From: a virus
Taxonomy: Duplodnaviria > Caudoviricetes
Reading direction: 5' to 3' (one strand)
DNA length: 64,000 nt
Virus record (IMG/VR): IMGVR_UViG_3300033076_001145
Location: 128,001-192,000 of that record
The notes under the pieces are model-generated. The model was given only the letters and a program-made list of their open reading frames with translations, did no database searches and had not been told where the DNA came from. The position numbers and the translations under genes were made by a program. How positions within the stretch are numbered: the first letter of the stretch is position 1; each line of letters starts with the position of its first letter. Of this stretch, positions 21,787 to 31,025 are shown in pieces.

Positions 21787-22883
21787 ATTAAACCATATAA
21801 TTTTGCAAGTTTAACATAATATTCTTTGGCTCTTTTTTTAAATACTCTCTCCCAATGTTCAAAGAATAATACCGGATTATCCAGTATTTTTTCACTAAGC
21901 CCTCTATATGGATTTACTGTTAAACCATTTTTAATCATAAAGTCCCTTATTTTATCAGTCCATATATTCCAATCAGATATAGTGTCTCTACTATACTCCC
22001 ATGACTGAGGAAGTCTGAAAATGTCATCAAGTCCCTTAATTTCTCTATAACTATTAATAATTTTTTCAGCCGAGAAATTTCTTAATCTTTTAATATCTTC
22101 CCAAGCATCAGTCTTTTTTAGAGCTTCAATAAACTCCTGATTTGTTTTTGGGGATTTGGATTTTATAACTCTTAGAGCTTGTGGTATTCTAGCTTGGTGT
22201 TCAAATCTTAATGAAAGATACAAAACATGTAGAAATTCATTGAACTCTTTACTAAAGTCTTCCCTTAAATGACTCGCCATAGTATTGGTAACATTTTCCT
22301 TACCAAATCCAATTTCACCAGATTTAATGTATTTTGCATAGAGTTGAAAGTCGTGGAACACCTCATGAGCAATTGTCGCTTCAACTTTAACTTTTAAATT
22401 ATCAGTTCTGACAAAATCACTCTCACCCGTAATAATACCAAACTCGAACTTACCAATATCAAAAACATTTCCCAATGTCTCCAAATTTCTTACCTCAAAC
22501 TTACCAAGGTCAAAACTATGAGCCCCATTTACTATTGGCATATTTTTAGAGACATGTTGAGCGGCTTCATCATCTACAACATCAACCGTAATTAAAACTT
22601 CGTTTTTATACATAGGAAATTTCTTCCACTCTTCCATATTGAACTTTGGGTGGTTTTTAACAAACTCCCATGATTCATCTTTTGAAACTAATGTTTCATA
22701 TTTTTTAATTAGGGTTGGTCCATAATCGGTGATACTCCCCGGCACTTCTTTATAAGAATTTGAAAGACGAAGAGCCTGAGCTTCTTGCATCACCATATCG
22801 GTGAAAATATCTGTAATCATCTCAATTTGAGATGGGACACCTAACGCCTCATTTAGTAGAACCTGAATCCTTTGGTCTATCAT
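21783..22883 (-). CDS. Hypothetical protein with HExxH motif
   Basis: IAHEVFH; 366 aa. Confidence 0.55.
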   Translation of the reverse strand: MIDQRIQVLLNEALGVPSQIEMITDIFTDMVMQEAQALRLSNSYKEVPGSITDYGPTLIKKYETLVSKDESWEFVKNHPKFNMEEWKKFPMYKNEVLITVDVVDDEAAQHVSKNMPIVNGAHSFDLGKFEVRNLETLGNVFDIGKFEFGIITGESDFVRTDNLKVKVEATIAHEVFHDFQLYAKYIKSGEIGFGKENVTNTMASHLREDFSKEFNEFLHVLYLSLRFEHQARIPQALRVIKSKSPKTNQEFIEALKKTDAWEDIKRLRNFSAEKIINSYREIKGLDDIFRLPQSWEYSRDTISDWNIWTDKIRDFMIKNGLTVNPYRGLSEKILDNPVLFFEHWERVFKKRAKEYYVKLAKLYGLI

Positions 22884-23062
22884 TATTTTTTGTTACCTTA
22901 ATAAGATTATCAGTCATCCACTTCTGAGGGATGTCAGTCTTAGTTAATAATTCCATTAACTGTTTTTTGGTTAAATTTTCAAGTGGGGTTTTCATACCGC
23001 TAATATAGAAATAAATATTAACAAAAACAAAAAACCCCTCCATAAAAGAAGGGGTTTAGTTG

Positions 23063-23345
23063 TAGCTGAGGCGGGGGTCGAACCCGCACGGGCGTTATGC
23101 CCACAAGATTTTCTTACCACTATAGTTTTCACTACCCTTTCGGTTTGTAGTCTGGACTATACCTTAACCATATCATTTCTGATTTAGGTTCTCCGTGTCT
23201 AGTCTCTACACCTTCCCTTTCGGGCTTGGCTCGGGGTTCCCAGATTAAAGGGTTCACCGAATTTACGGAGTTCTACTTAAAGAGTTTCCTCTTTAGCACT
23301 CAAATAGTTAAAGTCTTGCATGTATACCTATTTCATCACTCAGCC
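23063..23345 (-). tRNA. trnL-UAA: tRNA-Leu(TAA) interrupted by a group I intron
   Basis: Exons 23345-23311 and 23112-23063 join to CAAGA-CT-T^AA-AA-TCTTG; long variable arm; GGTTCGA T-loop. Confidence 0.9.
23113..23310 (-). ncRNA. Group I intron (trnL(UAA)/IC3-like), 198 nt, no ORF
   Basis: P AAATTCGGTGAA, Q AACCCCGAGCCAA, R GGTGTAGAGACTAG, S AAGGTATAGTCC; follows U, ends in G. Confidence 0.88.
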
Positions 23346-23365
23346 ATTAAATAAAGAACATTTTG

Positions 23366-23439
23366 TGCGCCCTGCAGGACTCGAACCTGCGACCTCCTCT
23401 TTATGAGAGAGTTTTTCTAACCAACTGAAATAAGAGCGC
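23366..23439 (-). tRNA. tRNA-CAT (Ile2 or Met)
   Basis: Cloverleaf; CTCT-CT-CAT-AA-AGAG. Confidence 0.85.
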
Positions 23440-23994
23440 TTAATTCAACCATTTTCTAACAGTATTGTCAGTAACTCCGAACTTTCGTGCGACTGAACTA
23501 TAACCTTCGTTAGCCACCATTTCAAATATAACTGATTTTTCCGGTCTGTCAACCTTTCTTCTTGATTTGTGAGCACATTCTTTACATTTATTCCCCCACT
23601 TACTTATCTCACATCCACAATCAGAGCAGTTATATTTTTTTGGTTCAGCTAAAGTAATCCATTTATCACTCTTTTCCAAATCATATTTTTCAATTTTTTT
23701 ACTAACATTTTCAATCATTAAGTCAGGAGAATGAACTTCTCTGTGACAATTTGCACACAAAACCATACATTTTTCAAATTCAGACATAATCCACTCCATA
23801 TTTGAATTAGATAGTGTTCTTGAATCTAATTGACTTTCTTTTGTATCTTTATCAATGTGGTGGAATTCTAAAGCCGCTAAATTTTTATTATATCCACAAA
23901 TTTCACATCCACCTCCTTTTAAATTAATTAAATGAGTTTTTCTCTTCAAAGACCTCATTACCTGATATTCATAAGTGTTCCCTTGTTTTCTCAT
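23440..23994 (-). CDS. HNH endonuclease with Zn-finger and HTH tail
   Basis: CEICG, LEFHH, LCANCHREVH, C-terminal HTH; abuts tRNA. Confidence 0.85.
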   Translation of the reverse strand: MRKQGNTYEYQVMRSLKRKTHLINLKGGGCEICGYNKNLAALEFHHIDKDTKESQLDSRTLSNSNMEWIMSEFEKCMVLCANCHREVHSPDLMIENVSKKIEKYDLEKSDKWITLAEPKKYNCSDCGCEISKWGNKCKECAHKSRRKVDRPEKSVIFEMVANEGYSSVARKFGVTDNTVRKWLN

Positions 23995-24099
23995 AACCTA
24001 ACCTTTAACTATAAATATATGAATATGTTCATAAATCTATATAATCAAATAAAAAACCCCTCATTTTTGGTGAGGGGTTCATATTATTTTTAATACCTA

Positions 24100-24360
24100 T
24101 CAAATATATGTATCCTCAATCCCCTCAATAAATCGTAACAATCGTTGTCTTTCACCTTCAGTTAATTCCCCATCACTTTCGATTTCTTCTCTTAACATTT
24201 CCAAACTCTGTAATGAACTTTGAATACATCCTGCCAATTCGTCATCAACATTTTGAATGTATTTACCATACATTTCATAGTTAGACTTTTCCCCTTCAGA
24301 GATTACTTTATTCACAATCTTTATTAATTCAGTTTCAGTAAGTTTTATTGTTTTACTCAT
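24100..24360 (-). CDS. Small protein with 'IKLTE.EL' N-terminal leader
   Basis: MSKTIKLTETELIKIV; TATTTAT upstream. Confidence 0.65.
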   Translation of the reverse strand: MSKTIKLTETELIKIVNKVISEGEKSNYEMYGKYIQNVDDELAGCIQSSLQSLEMLREEIESDGELTEGERQRLLRFIEGIEDTYI

Positions 24361-24390
24361 AATAAAATAAATATCATGTAAAATAAAAAA

Positions 24391-24481
24391 ACCCTCACTT
24401 GGATGGTAGTCTCAACCTTCCTTCAAAAGGGTTAATGTAAAATTTGATATTTGTAACTTTCTTTTTGAGGGTGTGCTCAAC
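24391..24481 (+). CRISPR. Mini-array A: partial repeat 24391-24416, 29-nt spacer, degenerate 36-nt repeat 24446-24481
   Basis: Similar to consensus GGTGTTTGTGACCTTCATTTGGAGGGTATTCTCAAC. Confidence 0.6.
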
Positions 24482-24802
24482 CCATTTACCAATAAATTCT
24501 TTAGAGTCATTGTGTCCCATAGAATAGAAAGAAGAAATTTCTTTGATTAAACCATCACCGATAAAACACGAACCGTCGTCTTTATCATATCTAATTTGAG
24601 CATATTTGTCACTTTTTGAATTGACAAAATAAATTCTATTTTTTTCTTTAATCTGAATGAAGTCCTGATTGTTTAAGTATTCAAATACTGAATTATCTAA
24701 TTCTGACTCTGACTGAGGAATTGTGTCTCCACCACCTTTTTTAATAATTCTTTTTACTAGACTTAGTAAATCTGATTCTGTCAATCTAATTACCTTTTTC
24801 AT
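24395..24802 (-). CDS. FSYLD/WVEN paralog with LTESDL leader; C-terminus encoded by CRISPR-like repeat and spacer
   Basis: VFEYLNNQDFIQI...YAQIRYD...WVEHTLKKKVTN. Confidence 0.75.
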   Translation of the reverse strand: MKKVIRLTESDLLSLVKRIIKKGGGDTIPQSESELDNSVFEYLNNQDFIQIKEKNRIYFVNSKSDKYAQIRYDKDDGSCFIGDGLIKEISSFYSMGHNDSKEFIGKWVEHTLKKKVTNIKFYINPFEGRLRLPSK

Positions 24803-24859
24803 GTTATTATAAATACAGATAAAAACAAAAAACCCCTCAACAAGGAGGGGTTTAAGTTA

Positions 24860-25873
24860 TTATTTTACAATCTTCGTGGTATATAATTTACCTGAGTCAT
24901 CATTAATTAGAATGACATAGGTTCCCTGACTTAGATTTTCGGAATTAATTGTCATCATGTTTGTTGTGTATTTGTTTTGATAAACACATCGTCCATCAAC
25001 TGACATAATCTTAATGTTTCCGTTATTAGATGGTGTAACCACATTAATATTATCCATCACAGGATTTGGACATACCTTAACATTATTGGTCATTGTTTCT
25101 TCAACACCAACAGTATAACTATCAACAACACTCAATGTCCATTCAGTCATAATACCACCAGGATACCAACCTGTTGAGTCAATGGTGAATGTTAAACAAG
25201 TATCAGCAAAACATCCATCAAATGAATAAGCCCATACACAGATTTGATATGTTCCAACACCTCCATAAGTTGTTGTTGGGAATGCAACATTTGCTGAGTC
25301 ACCATTACCAAAATTCCAAGTATATCCAATGCAGTTTGAAGATTGGTTAATCAAAAAGATTACATTATCTTCGATTACAACTGAATCAGAAGAAACAAAA
25401 GACATATCCAAGTATGGGGTCGTTTCAAGTTGTCCGTCACAGTTATTATCAATACCATCACACATTTCCCATGCTCCGGGATATGTATTTGGGTTAAAAG
25501 CATCACAATCATATTCATCATTCCAACCATCATTATCACTATCAATACCAGTAACCAAATCAATTGAGTATTCATTAACTGCTCCGAAGATAACAATACC
25601 ACCATCGCATTGGGTCATCCCAACACAATTGGTCGCACATAGATTAACATAAACACTATTACCAACCACAGGAACCGATGTTGTGTAAACACCTGATGGG
25701 TCGGAAGTAAAAACCAATTCACCTGTTGTTTGGTTTAAGGAGTCAATATACATACCTGTAACGGTATATGGACAATTTGTATCACCAATAACGGTCAAGT
25801 TAATTGGGAATTGAGAAAACACATTAAGTGTTAGGATGCTCATAAGAGCGAAAAGAAAAGTTTTTAGTTTCAT
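24860..25873 (-). CDS. Secreted protein with Cys/Asp metal-binding motif, PKD-like domain and T9SS type A CTD
   Basis: Signal peptide; DCDAFNPNTYPGAWEMCDGIDNNCDG; WNFGNG; VCPNPV...DGR...LSQGTYVI...TTKIVK. Confidence 0.8.
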   Translation of the reverse strand: MKLKTFLFALMSILTLNVFSQFPINLTVIGDTNCPYTVTGMYIDSLNQTTGELVFTSDPSGVYTTSVPVVGNSVYVNLCATNCVGMTQCDGGIVIFGAVNEYSIDLVTGIDSDNDGWNDEYDCDAFNPNTYPGAWEMCDGIDNNCDGQLETTPYLDMSFVSSDSVVIEDNVIFLINQSSNCIGYTWNFGNGDSANVAFPTTTYGGVGTYQICVWAYSFDGCFADTCLTFTIDSTGWYPGGIMTEWTLSVVDSYTVGVEETMTNNVKVCPNPVMDNINVVTPSNNGNIKIMSVDGRCVYQNKYTTNMMTINSENLSQGTYVILINDDSGKLYTTKIVK

Positions 25874-25981
25874 AATTTGTTTTTTTAAAGTTTAGACAAA
25901 GGTAATACAAATTAAGTTGATTGTAAAATAAAAACCCCCACATTTTCTGTGAGGGTTTAAGTGAAACCTTGTTATTATTTT

Positions 25982-26776
25982 TTAGAATTTTGTTCCGCAG
26001 TGTGGACAGAATTTATGATTATCTTTCTTTCTCTTACTTCCACAATTTGTGCAATAAAGAACATTCACCTCTTTTGCTTCAACTGGCTTTTCTGACATTG
26101 GCATTAGTCTCCAAGTTGAATATGACGATGGGAAAGAATTAAAATCCATATTCACTGATGTAAATTCCTGATTTGAACTTCCACCTTTTTCAACACGACC
26201 TGTTTCTTTAAACCTGTCAGTTGATAATGACTTCTTTAGATTTTGAGAAGTGTTATAATCAACATTATTATTTAAGTTATAGGATGTGTTGGTGAAATAA
26301 CTATTATTTCCCGATGTTAAGTTTGTTGTGGTGTTATAGAGTTTAATATTACCACCAGTAGTATTGTAACCACCATAATATCCATAATCACCGTGTTCAT
26401 TTGTAAAAGTTATACTTCCACCATAAGGATTTTCTTCATAGAACTCAACCTCAACAACTCCGTTGTTTTTGATTGCCTCTTGAACCTCTTTGGATTTGGC
26501 ATTGACCTCATAGGTTTCAAACTTGAACTTTCTTGCTTCGTCCAAATACCTTTCAAGAAAAACCCTTTGACCTGGTCTTAATACAACTCCACCACCACCG
26601 ATGTAGTTTCCGTTAATTTTAAGTTTTGCTAAAACTGAATTTTGTTGGGGGTTGAAGATTTCAACTTCAAATTCATCCCCATCTTTTAGATAAACGACAC
26701 TTCCATTTTGTTTTAGTCGTTGTTTCCCTACTGTAATGAAAGCAGTAGGATTCTTTTTAAATGATTTGTAATACAT
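25982..26776 (-). CDS. Hypothetical protein with C-terminal zinc ribbon
   Basis: CTNCG...FCPHCGTKF. Confidence 0.7.
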   Translation of the reverse strand: MYYKSFKKNPTAFITVGKQRLKQNGSVVYLKDGDEFEVEIFNPQQNSVLAKLKINGNYIGGGGVVLRPGQRVFLERYLDEARKFKFETYEVNAKSKEVQEAIKNNGVVEVEFYEENPYGGSITFTNEHGDYGYYGGYNTTGGNIKLYNTTTNLTSGNNSYFTNTSYNLNNNVDYNTSQNLKKSLSTDRFKETGRVEKGGSSNQEFTSVNMDFNSFPSSYSTWRLMPMSEKPVEAKEVNVLYCTNCGSKRKKDNHKFCPHCGTKF

Positions 26777-26888
26777 TTTTTTACCTTATTTTATTGTTTA
26801 TGTTTATTGAACCCCACTTCGTTGGTATTTCTCCAACTCAACTGTCTCAAAGGACAGGTGGACCTCAGCAACAAGGTTTCATTAATAA

Positions 26889-27239
26889 TTATAAGGTAAT
26901 TTGTTTTTGTGTAAAGATTAATTGGGGGGTATTCTCAACCATCAGCTCCTTTGTTGGAAATGATATCGGGGTATTTGTAACCTTCATTTGGGTGGTATTC
27001 TCAACCCATCGTCCAATAACTTTTTCAGAATCAGAGCGTTGTAAAGAAAAGTAGGAATAAATTTCGTTAGTTAAATTAAAATCAATAAAACACCAACCAT
27101 CATCTTTATCAAATCTTATTCGAGCGTATTTATCATTCTCTGAATTTACAAAACAAATTTTATCATTACCCATATCAATCTGAATGAAGTCCTGACTATC
27201 CAAATAAGAAAATATTACTCTTTCTAAATGTTTGTCCAT
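26889..27239 (-). CDS. FSYLD/WVEN paralog; C-terminus encoded by repeat, spacer and second repeat
   Basis: MDKHLERVIFSYLDSQDF...WVENTTQMKVTNT-PISFPTKELM-VENTPQ. Confidence 0.8.
   Translation of the reverse strand: MDKHLERVIFSYLDSQDFIQIDMGNDKICFVNSENDKYARIRFDKDDGWCFIDFNLTNEIYSYFSLQRSDSEKVIGRWVENTTQMKVTNTPISFPTKELMVENTPQLIFTQKQITL
26920..27005 (+). CRISPR. Mini-array B: partial repeat ending 26939, 30-nt spacer 26940-26969, repeat 26970-27005
   Basis: GGTATTTGTAACCTTCATTTGGGTGGTATTCTCAAC. Confidence 0.75.
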
Positions 27240-27253
27240 GATTATAAATATGA

Positions 27254-27550
27254 TTAATAACCAACAATTGGACTAGCAACCTCCACATTAATAGATTCAA
27301 TTCCGAGTTTATCTTCAATCCATTTATTGATTACACTAATGGAATCCCCATAATCTAAAGAAAAGAATTTGCTGACTTCTTCGGCCAAATCATAGTGTAT
27401 TGTGCACCATCGGTCTTTTGGGAGGTATTTAATCTGAGCAAATTCATCATCTTCTGAATTAACAAAATATATCCTATACTTCATTTTAATTACAACAAAG
27501 TCCTGTCCATCCAAATAAGAAAATATTACTCGTTCTAAATGTTTGTCCAT
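27254..27550 (-). CDS. FSYLD paralog without a recognisable DNA repeat
   Basis: MDKHLERVIFSYLDGQDF...FAQIKY...WIEDKL. Confidence 0.8.
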   Translation of the reverse strand: MDKHLERVIFSYLDGQDFVVIKMKYRIYFVNSEDDEFAQIKYLPKDRWCTIHYDLAEEVSKFFSLDYGDSISVINKWIEDKLGIESINVEVASPIVGY

Positions 27551-27570
27551 GATTATAAATACATTAGTTA

Positions 27571-27714
27571 GGTATTCTCAACAGAGCAGTGGAAACGTTT
27601 TCAGAACTATAGGTGTTTGTGACCTTCATTTGGAGGGTATTCTCAACAAGAGATGAATAGCGAATACCTTCCCGCTTGGGTGTTTGTGACCTTCATTTGG
27701 AGGGTATTCTCAAC
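27571..27714 (+). CRISPR. Mini-array C: 12-nt partial repeat, 29-nt spacer, repeat 27612-27647, 31-nt spacer, identical repeat 27679-27714
   Basis: Two identical 36-nt repeats GGTGTTTGTGACCTTCATTTGGAGGGTATTCTCAAC with unrelated spacers. Confidence 0.85.
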
Positions 27715-27951
27715 CCATTTACCAATAACTTGTTCAGAATCAGAGCTTTGCAAAGAAAAGAAAGAAGAAATTTCTTTAACTAAATTAGTATGAATAAAAC
27801 ACCATCCATCATCTTCGTCATATCTAATTTGAGCGTATTCGTCACCTTCTGAACTAACAAAAAAAATTTTATCATTACCCATATCAATCTGAATGAAGTC
27901 TTGGCTATCCAAATAAGAAAATATTACTCGTTCTAAATCTTTGTCCATCAT
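27643..27951 (-). CDS. FSYLD/WVEN paralog; stop codon supplied by the second repeat
   Basis: ...WVENTLQMKVTNT-QAGRYSLFISC*. Confidence 0.8.
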   Translation of the reverse strand: MMDKDLERVIFSYLDSQDFIQIDMGNDKIFFVSSEGDEYAQIRYDEDDGWCFIHTNLVKEISSFFSLQSSDSEQVIGKWVENTLQMKVTNTQAGRYSLFISC

Positions 27952-28466
27952 AACTTAATCCCAGTATTATATATGGTTTCCCAATTATTTTTCTCACAAT
28001 AATCCAAAAAGTCCTTTGGTGAATATCTATATGACTCCTCAATCCCATATACCCATGAAACAAACTCAGAGCAATACATCTTATCCTGTTCATGGTTCAA
28101 TGGTTTTTTATTCCACTTACCAGTTAATAATTCAATCGGTTGTTTGATAATTAATCCCTCAAAGTCATAAGCCGTTAATCCAACTTTGCTCATGGCTTTA
28201 ACCGCAATTTTCTTTTCAGCAATTACCTTTGGTCTTCTTTGGATGATGAAGTTATATTGGTATTCTTTAAGCCAGTTTTCAAATGGTTTAACATTAACTC
28301 CATTATCCTGAGCATCAATGATATATGGTTCACCCCATATCCAAATGAAAAGAGCTGTGTGATTTATTTCAGACTTTGTTGCCCATCTTATGGCTCTACT
28401 CAACCAACTTTTTCCACGACAATGTAACACATCACCGGTTTTTAATTCATCTATATTCAAACTCAT
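27948..28466 (-). CDS. Permuted papain-like (YiiX/YaeF, NlpC/P60) amidase
   Basis: LKTGDVL, HTAL, YDF, MYCSEFV. Confidence 0.8.
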   Translation of the reverse strand: MSLNIDELKTGDVLHCRGKSWLSRAIRWATKSEINHTALFIWIWGEPYIIDAQDNGVNVKPFENWLKEYQYNFIIQRRPKVIAEKKIAVKAMSKVGLTAYDFEGLIIKQPIELLTGKWNKKPLNHEQDKMYCSEFVSWVYGIEESYRYSPKDFLDYCEKNNWETIYNTGIKL

Positions 28467-28548
28467 AATGATAAATATTGGAATATATAATAAAAAAGTC
28501 TTTCCATTTATTCAAACATAATATATTTATTTATTAAACAATTAAATT

Positions 28549-29160
28549 TTGGAAATTTCATCAGAAGTTATAGTTGCGTTTATTACAGGTGTAGTTGGGC
28601 CAACATCTATCATGTTTTTAAAACATTACCTAACCGCAAAGAAAAAGAAACCAGATTTGGTTCATGAGACCTTAAAGGTTAGCGAACTTGTCAATTCAAA
28701 GATTGAACACATTAAAGAAGAATTCAATGCCGATAGAGTATGGATAACTCAATTCCATAATGGTGGGAACTTCTATCCAACAGGAAAATCAATGGCAAAG
28801 TTCAGTATCATTTATGAAACAGTTCATCCCGGTGTTAATTCAATTCAATCAAACTTCCATAACATTCCAGTTAATTTGTTTTCAAAGTCAATCAATGAAT
28901 TATTACAAAATGATATAATTGAAATCCCTGATTTTAAAGATGAAAAAATTTCCACATTTGGTTTAAAATATGTCGCAGAAGAGAACGGATGTAAGTCAGG
29001 TTACCTTTTCGCAATTAAAACAATTGATGGAAGATTTATTGGAACCTTAGGTTTGGACTATACAAAGAGAAAGACAAACTTAGATATGGAATCAATTAAT
29101 CATTTACAAGTCCACGCATCTTCTTTGGGTGGAGTTTTAATGACTCACTTAAATCAATAA
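28549..29160 (+). CDS. N-terminal TM + GAF-like domain protein (possibly holin-related)
   Basis: One TM; ADRVWITQFHNG...FIGTLGLDY GAF-like pattern. Confidence 0.55.
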   Translation: MEISSEVIVAFITGVVGPTSIMFLKHYLTAKKKKPDLVHETLKVSELVNSKIEHIKEEFNADRVWITQFHNGGNFYPTGKSMAKFSIIYETVHPGVNSIQSNFHNIPVNLFSKSINELLQNDIIEIPDFKDEKISTFGLKYVAEENGCKSGYLFAIKTIDGRFIGTLGLDYTKRKTNLDMESINHLQVHASSLGGVLMTHLNQ

Positions 29161-29166
29161 GATTAA

Positions 29167-29520
29167 TTAGAAACTCTTTTTCCACTTTAATAAGTAGAGA
29201 CCTCTTTCTTTGTTGAGAGGTTCAAAACTTATTCTAAAGTTGTCGTTTAACTGAGCATAAACAGGATAAATTGGAAATTTCCATCCTTCGGTTTCTATAT
29301 GGAATCCCGCCATTCCAACAGGACTATTTTTAATTTTATCTATAAAACTTTTTGGAGTCTCCTCTTTACCGAAATTAACTTTAAGTTGGGTTTTAAAATC
29401 GTCAGGGATTTGAATAGTTGAAATTTTATTAATAGGTCCCTTATCAGTTATTTGTTCTTCAATAACTCGTTTAACAATCTTAACCAAATCTGATTCTGTC
29501 AATTTAATAACCTTTTTCAT
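29167..29520 (-). CDS. Protein with LTESDL leader
   Basis: MKKVIKLTESDLVKIVKRVIEEQ. Confidence 0.7.
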   Translation of the reverse strand: MKKVIKLTESDLVKIVKRVIEEQITDKGPINKISTIQIPDDFKTQLKVNFGKEETPKSFIDKIKNSPVGMAGFHIETEGWKFPIYPVYAQLNDNFRISFEPLNKERGLYLLKWKKSF

Positions 29521-29589
29521 ATTAAATAAATATATCAATGTTTTTCTTTTTTATTCCATAAATTTTATATCTTAGCCAAAATTATAACA

Positions 29590-30255
29590 ATGGAACTAAA
29601 CTATCCCAACTTAACGGAAGACCAAAAATCAAAGATTGACAAGTTCGTTTCTGACTTGGAAAAGAAATGTGCTGAAAACAATGTTGAGTTGTTTCTTCCC
29701 AACACACCTGGCGTTCAATACCCAGGTTTGGACACCCAAACCAATGGTTATTTTGATTCAAGAAAACCACTTCTTGCTTGTGCAACAGGTAAGGAACTTG
29801 ATAAGTGGTTGTTAATCTTAATTCACGAGTCATCACATATGGACCAGTTTTTAGAAAAGGTTTCAGTATTTGATGAGTCAATTGGATTAGATGAAACATT
29901 TCAATGGATTGGTGGTCTTGAAACTCCTGACTTTGACAAGATTGATAGAGAAATCACATCAGGTATTGCCGTTGAGGTTGATTGTGAGAAAAGAACCGTT
30001 GAGAAGATTAAAGAATACGGATTGGAGTTTGTGGTTGGGATTGATGAATACATTCAAAAATCAAACGCATATGCTCTCTTTTACCTATGGATGAGAAAGA
30101 ACAGAAGTTGGTATAAGATTGGATTTGAGCCATACAATGTTAAATCCATTTATTCCAAGATGCCAAAAACATTTGATGTTGATTATTCAACATTGACAGA
30201 AGATATGACTGAAGCATTTGACGAGTTGTTAGTAATGTCGGATGGGGTTAAATAA
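29590..30255 (+). CDS. HExxH metallopeptidase-like protein
   Basis: LIHESSH...EVDCE. Confidence 0.6.
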   Translation: MELNYPNLTEDQKSKIDKFVSDLEKKCAENNVELFLPNTPGVQYPGLDTQTNGYFDSRKPLLACATGKELDKWLLILIHESSHMDQFLEKVSVFDESIGLDETFQWIGGLETPDFDKIDREITSGIAVEVDCEKRTVEKIKEYGLEFVVGIDEYIQKSNAYALFYLWMRKNRSWYKIGFEPYNVKSIYSKMPKTFDVDYSTLTEDMTEAFDELLVMSDGVK

Positions 30256-30302
30256 AAAACCCCATCCTTTAGGGATAGGGTAAATCTCTTTTTTAGATTT
30301 GA

Positions 30303-30656
30303 TTACTTGGTGTAAGTTCTTAGACAATGTGCCGCCCAAGCCGCCGCTCCAAGAAAGATTGGCATCAATAGACCTGCTCCACCGAACATTGCAATATGAA
30401 CCGCAACCGCTCCTGACATTACAGATGAAAGAACCAACGCTCCATAAACAGATGTTCTTGGGATACAAAGGGCAATTACACCAGCAACTTCCATAACTCC
30501 AACAAGTGCCATGTAAGGTAACATGTTCATTGCAGTAAAGTTAGTGGTCATAGCCTCGCTTCCCATAATCTTTGACAATCCGCCCATTCCGAGCATAAAG
30601 GTTACGATTACTGTAAGCAACCAACCTAAGTTTTTAAGTGTTAAATAATTTTTCAT
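30303..30656 (-). CDS. DoxX-family membrane protein
   Basis: GLSKI, GVMEVAG, PRT..GA, GAVAVH; 4 TMs. Confidence 0.8.
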   Translation of the reverse strand: MKNYLTLKNLGWLLTVIVTFMLGMGGLSKIMGSEAMTTNFTAMNMLPYMALVGVMEVAGVIALCIPRTSVYGALVLSSVMSGAVAVHIAMFGGAGLLMPIFLGAAAWAAHCLRTYTK

Positions 30657-30700
30657 ATTCCAAGTATAGGATATGAACTTTACAATGTCAATTGATTTTT

Positions 30701-30787
30701 ATTTGGAGGGTATTATCAACGGATTGAAAAATTGCCTTTGCTCAATGCCATGGTGTTTGTGACCTTCATTTGTAAGGTATTCTCAAC
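30701..30787 (+). CRISPR. Mini-array D: 20-nt partial repeat, 31-nt spacer, repeat 30752-30787
   Basis: GGTGTTTGTGACCTTCATTTGTAAGGTATTCTCAAC. Confidence 0.8.
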
Positions 30788-31012
30788 CCACCTACTGATA
30801 ACTTGTTCAGAATCAGAGCGTTGCAAAGAAAAGTAATAAGAAATTTCTTTAATTAAATCCAAACCAATATAACACAAACCATCATCATATCTAATTTGAG
30901 CAAATTCATCATTCTCTGAATAGGCAAAATAGATACTATCATATTTTTTAATCTGAATAAAGTCCTGACTATCCAAATAAGAAAATAATACTCTTTCAAA
31001 ATCTTTGTACAT
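30716..31012 (-). CDS. FSYLD/WVEN paralog
   Basis: ...WVENTLQMKVTNT-MALSKGNFSIR*. Confidence 0.8.
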   Translation of the reverse strand: MYKDFERVLFSYLDSQDFIQIKKYDSIYFAYSENDEFAQIRYDDGLCYIGLDLIKEISYYFSLQRSDSEQVISRWVENTLQMKVTNTMALSKGNFSIR

Positions 31013-31025
31013 GATTATAAATATA

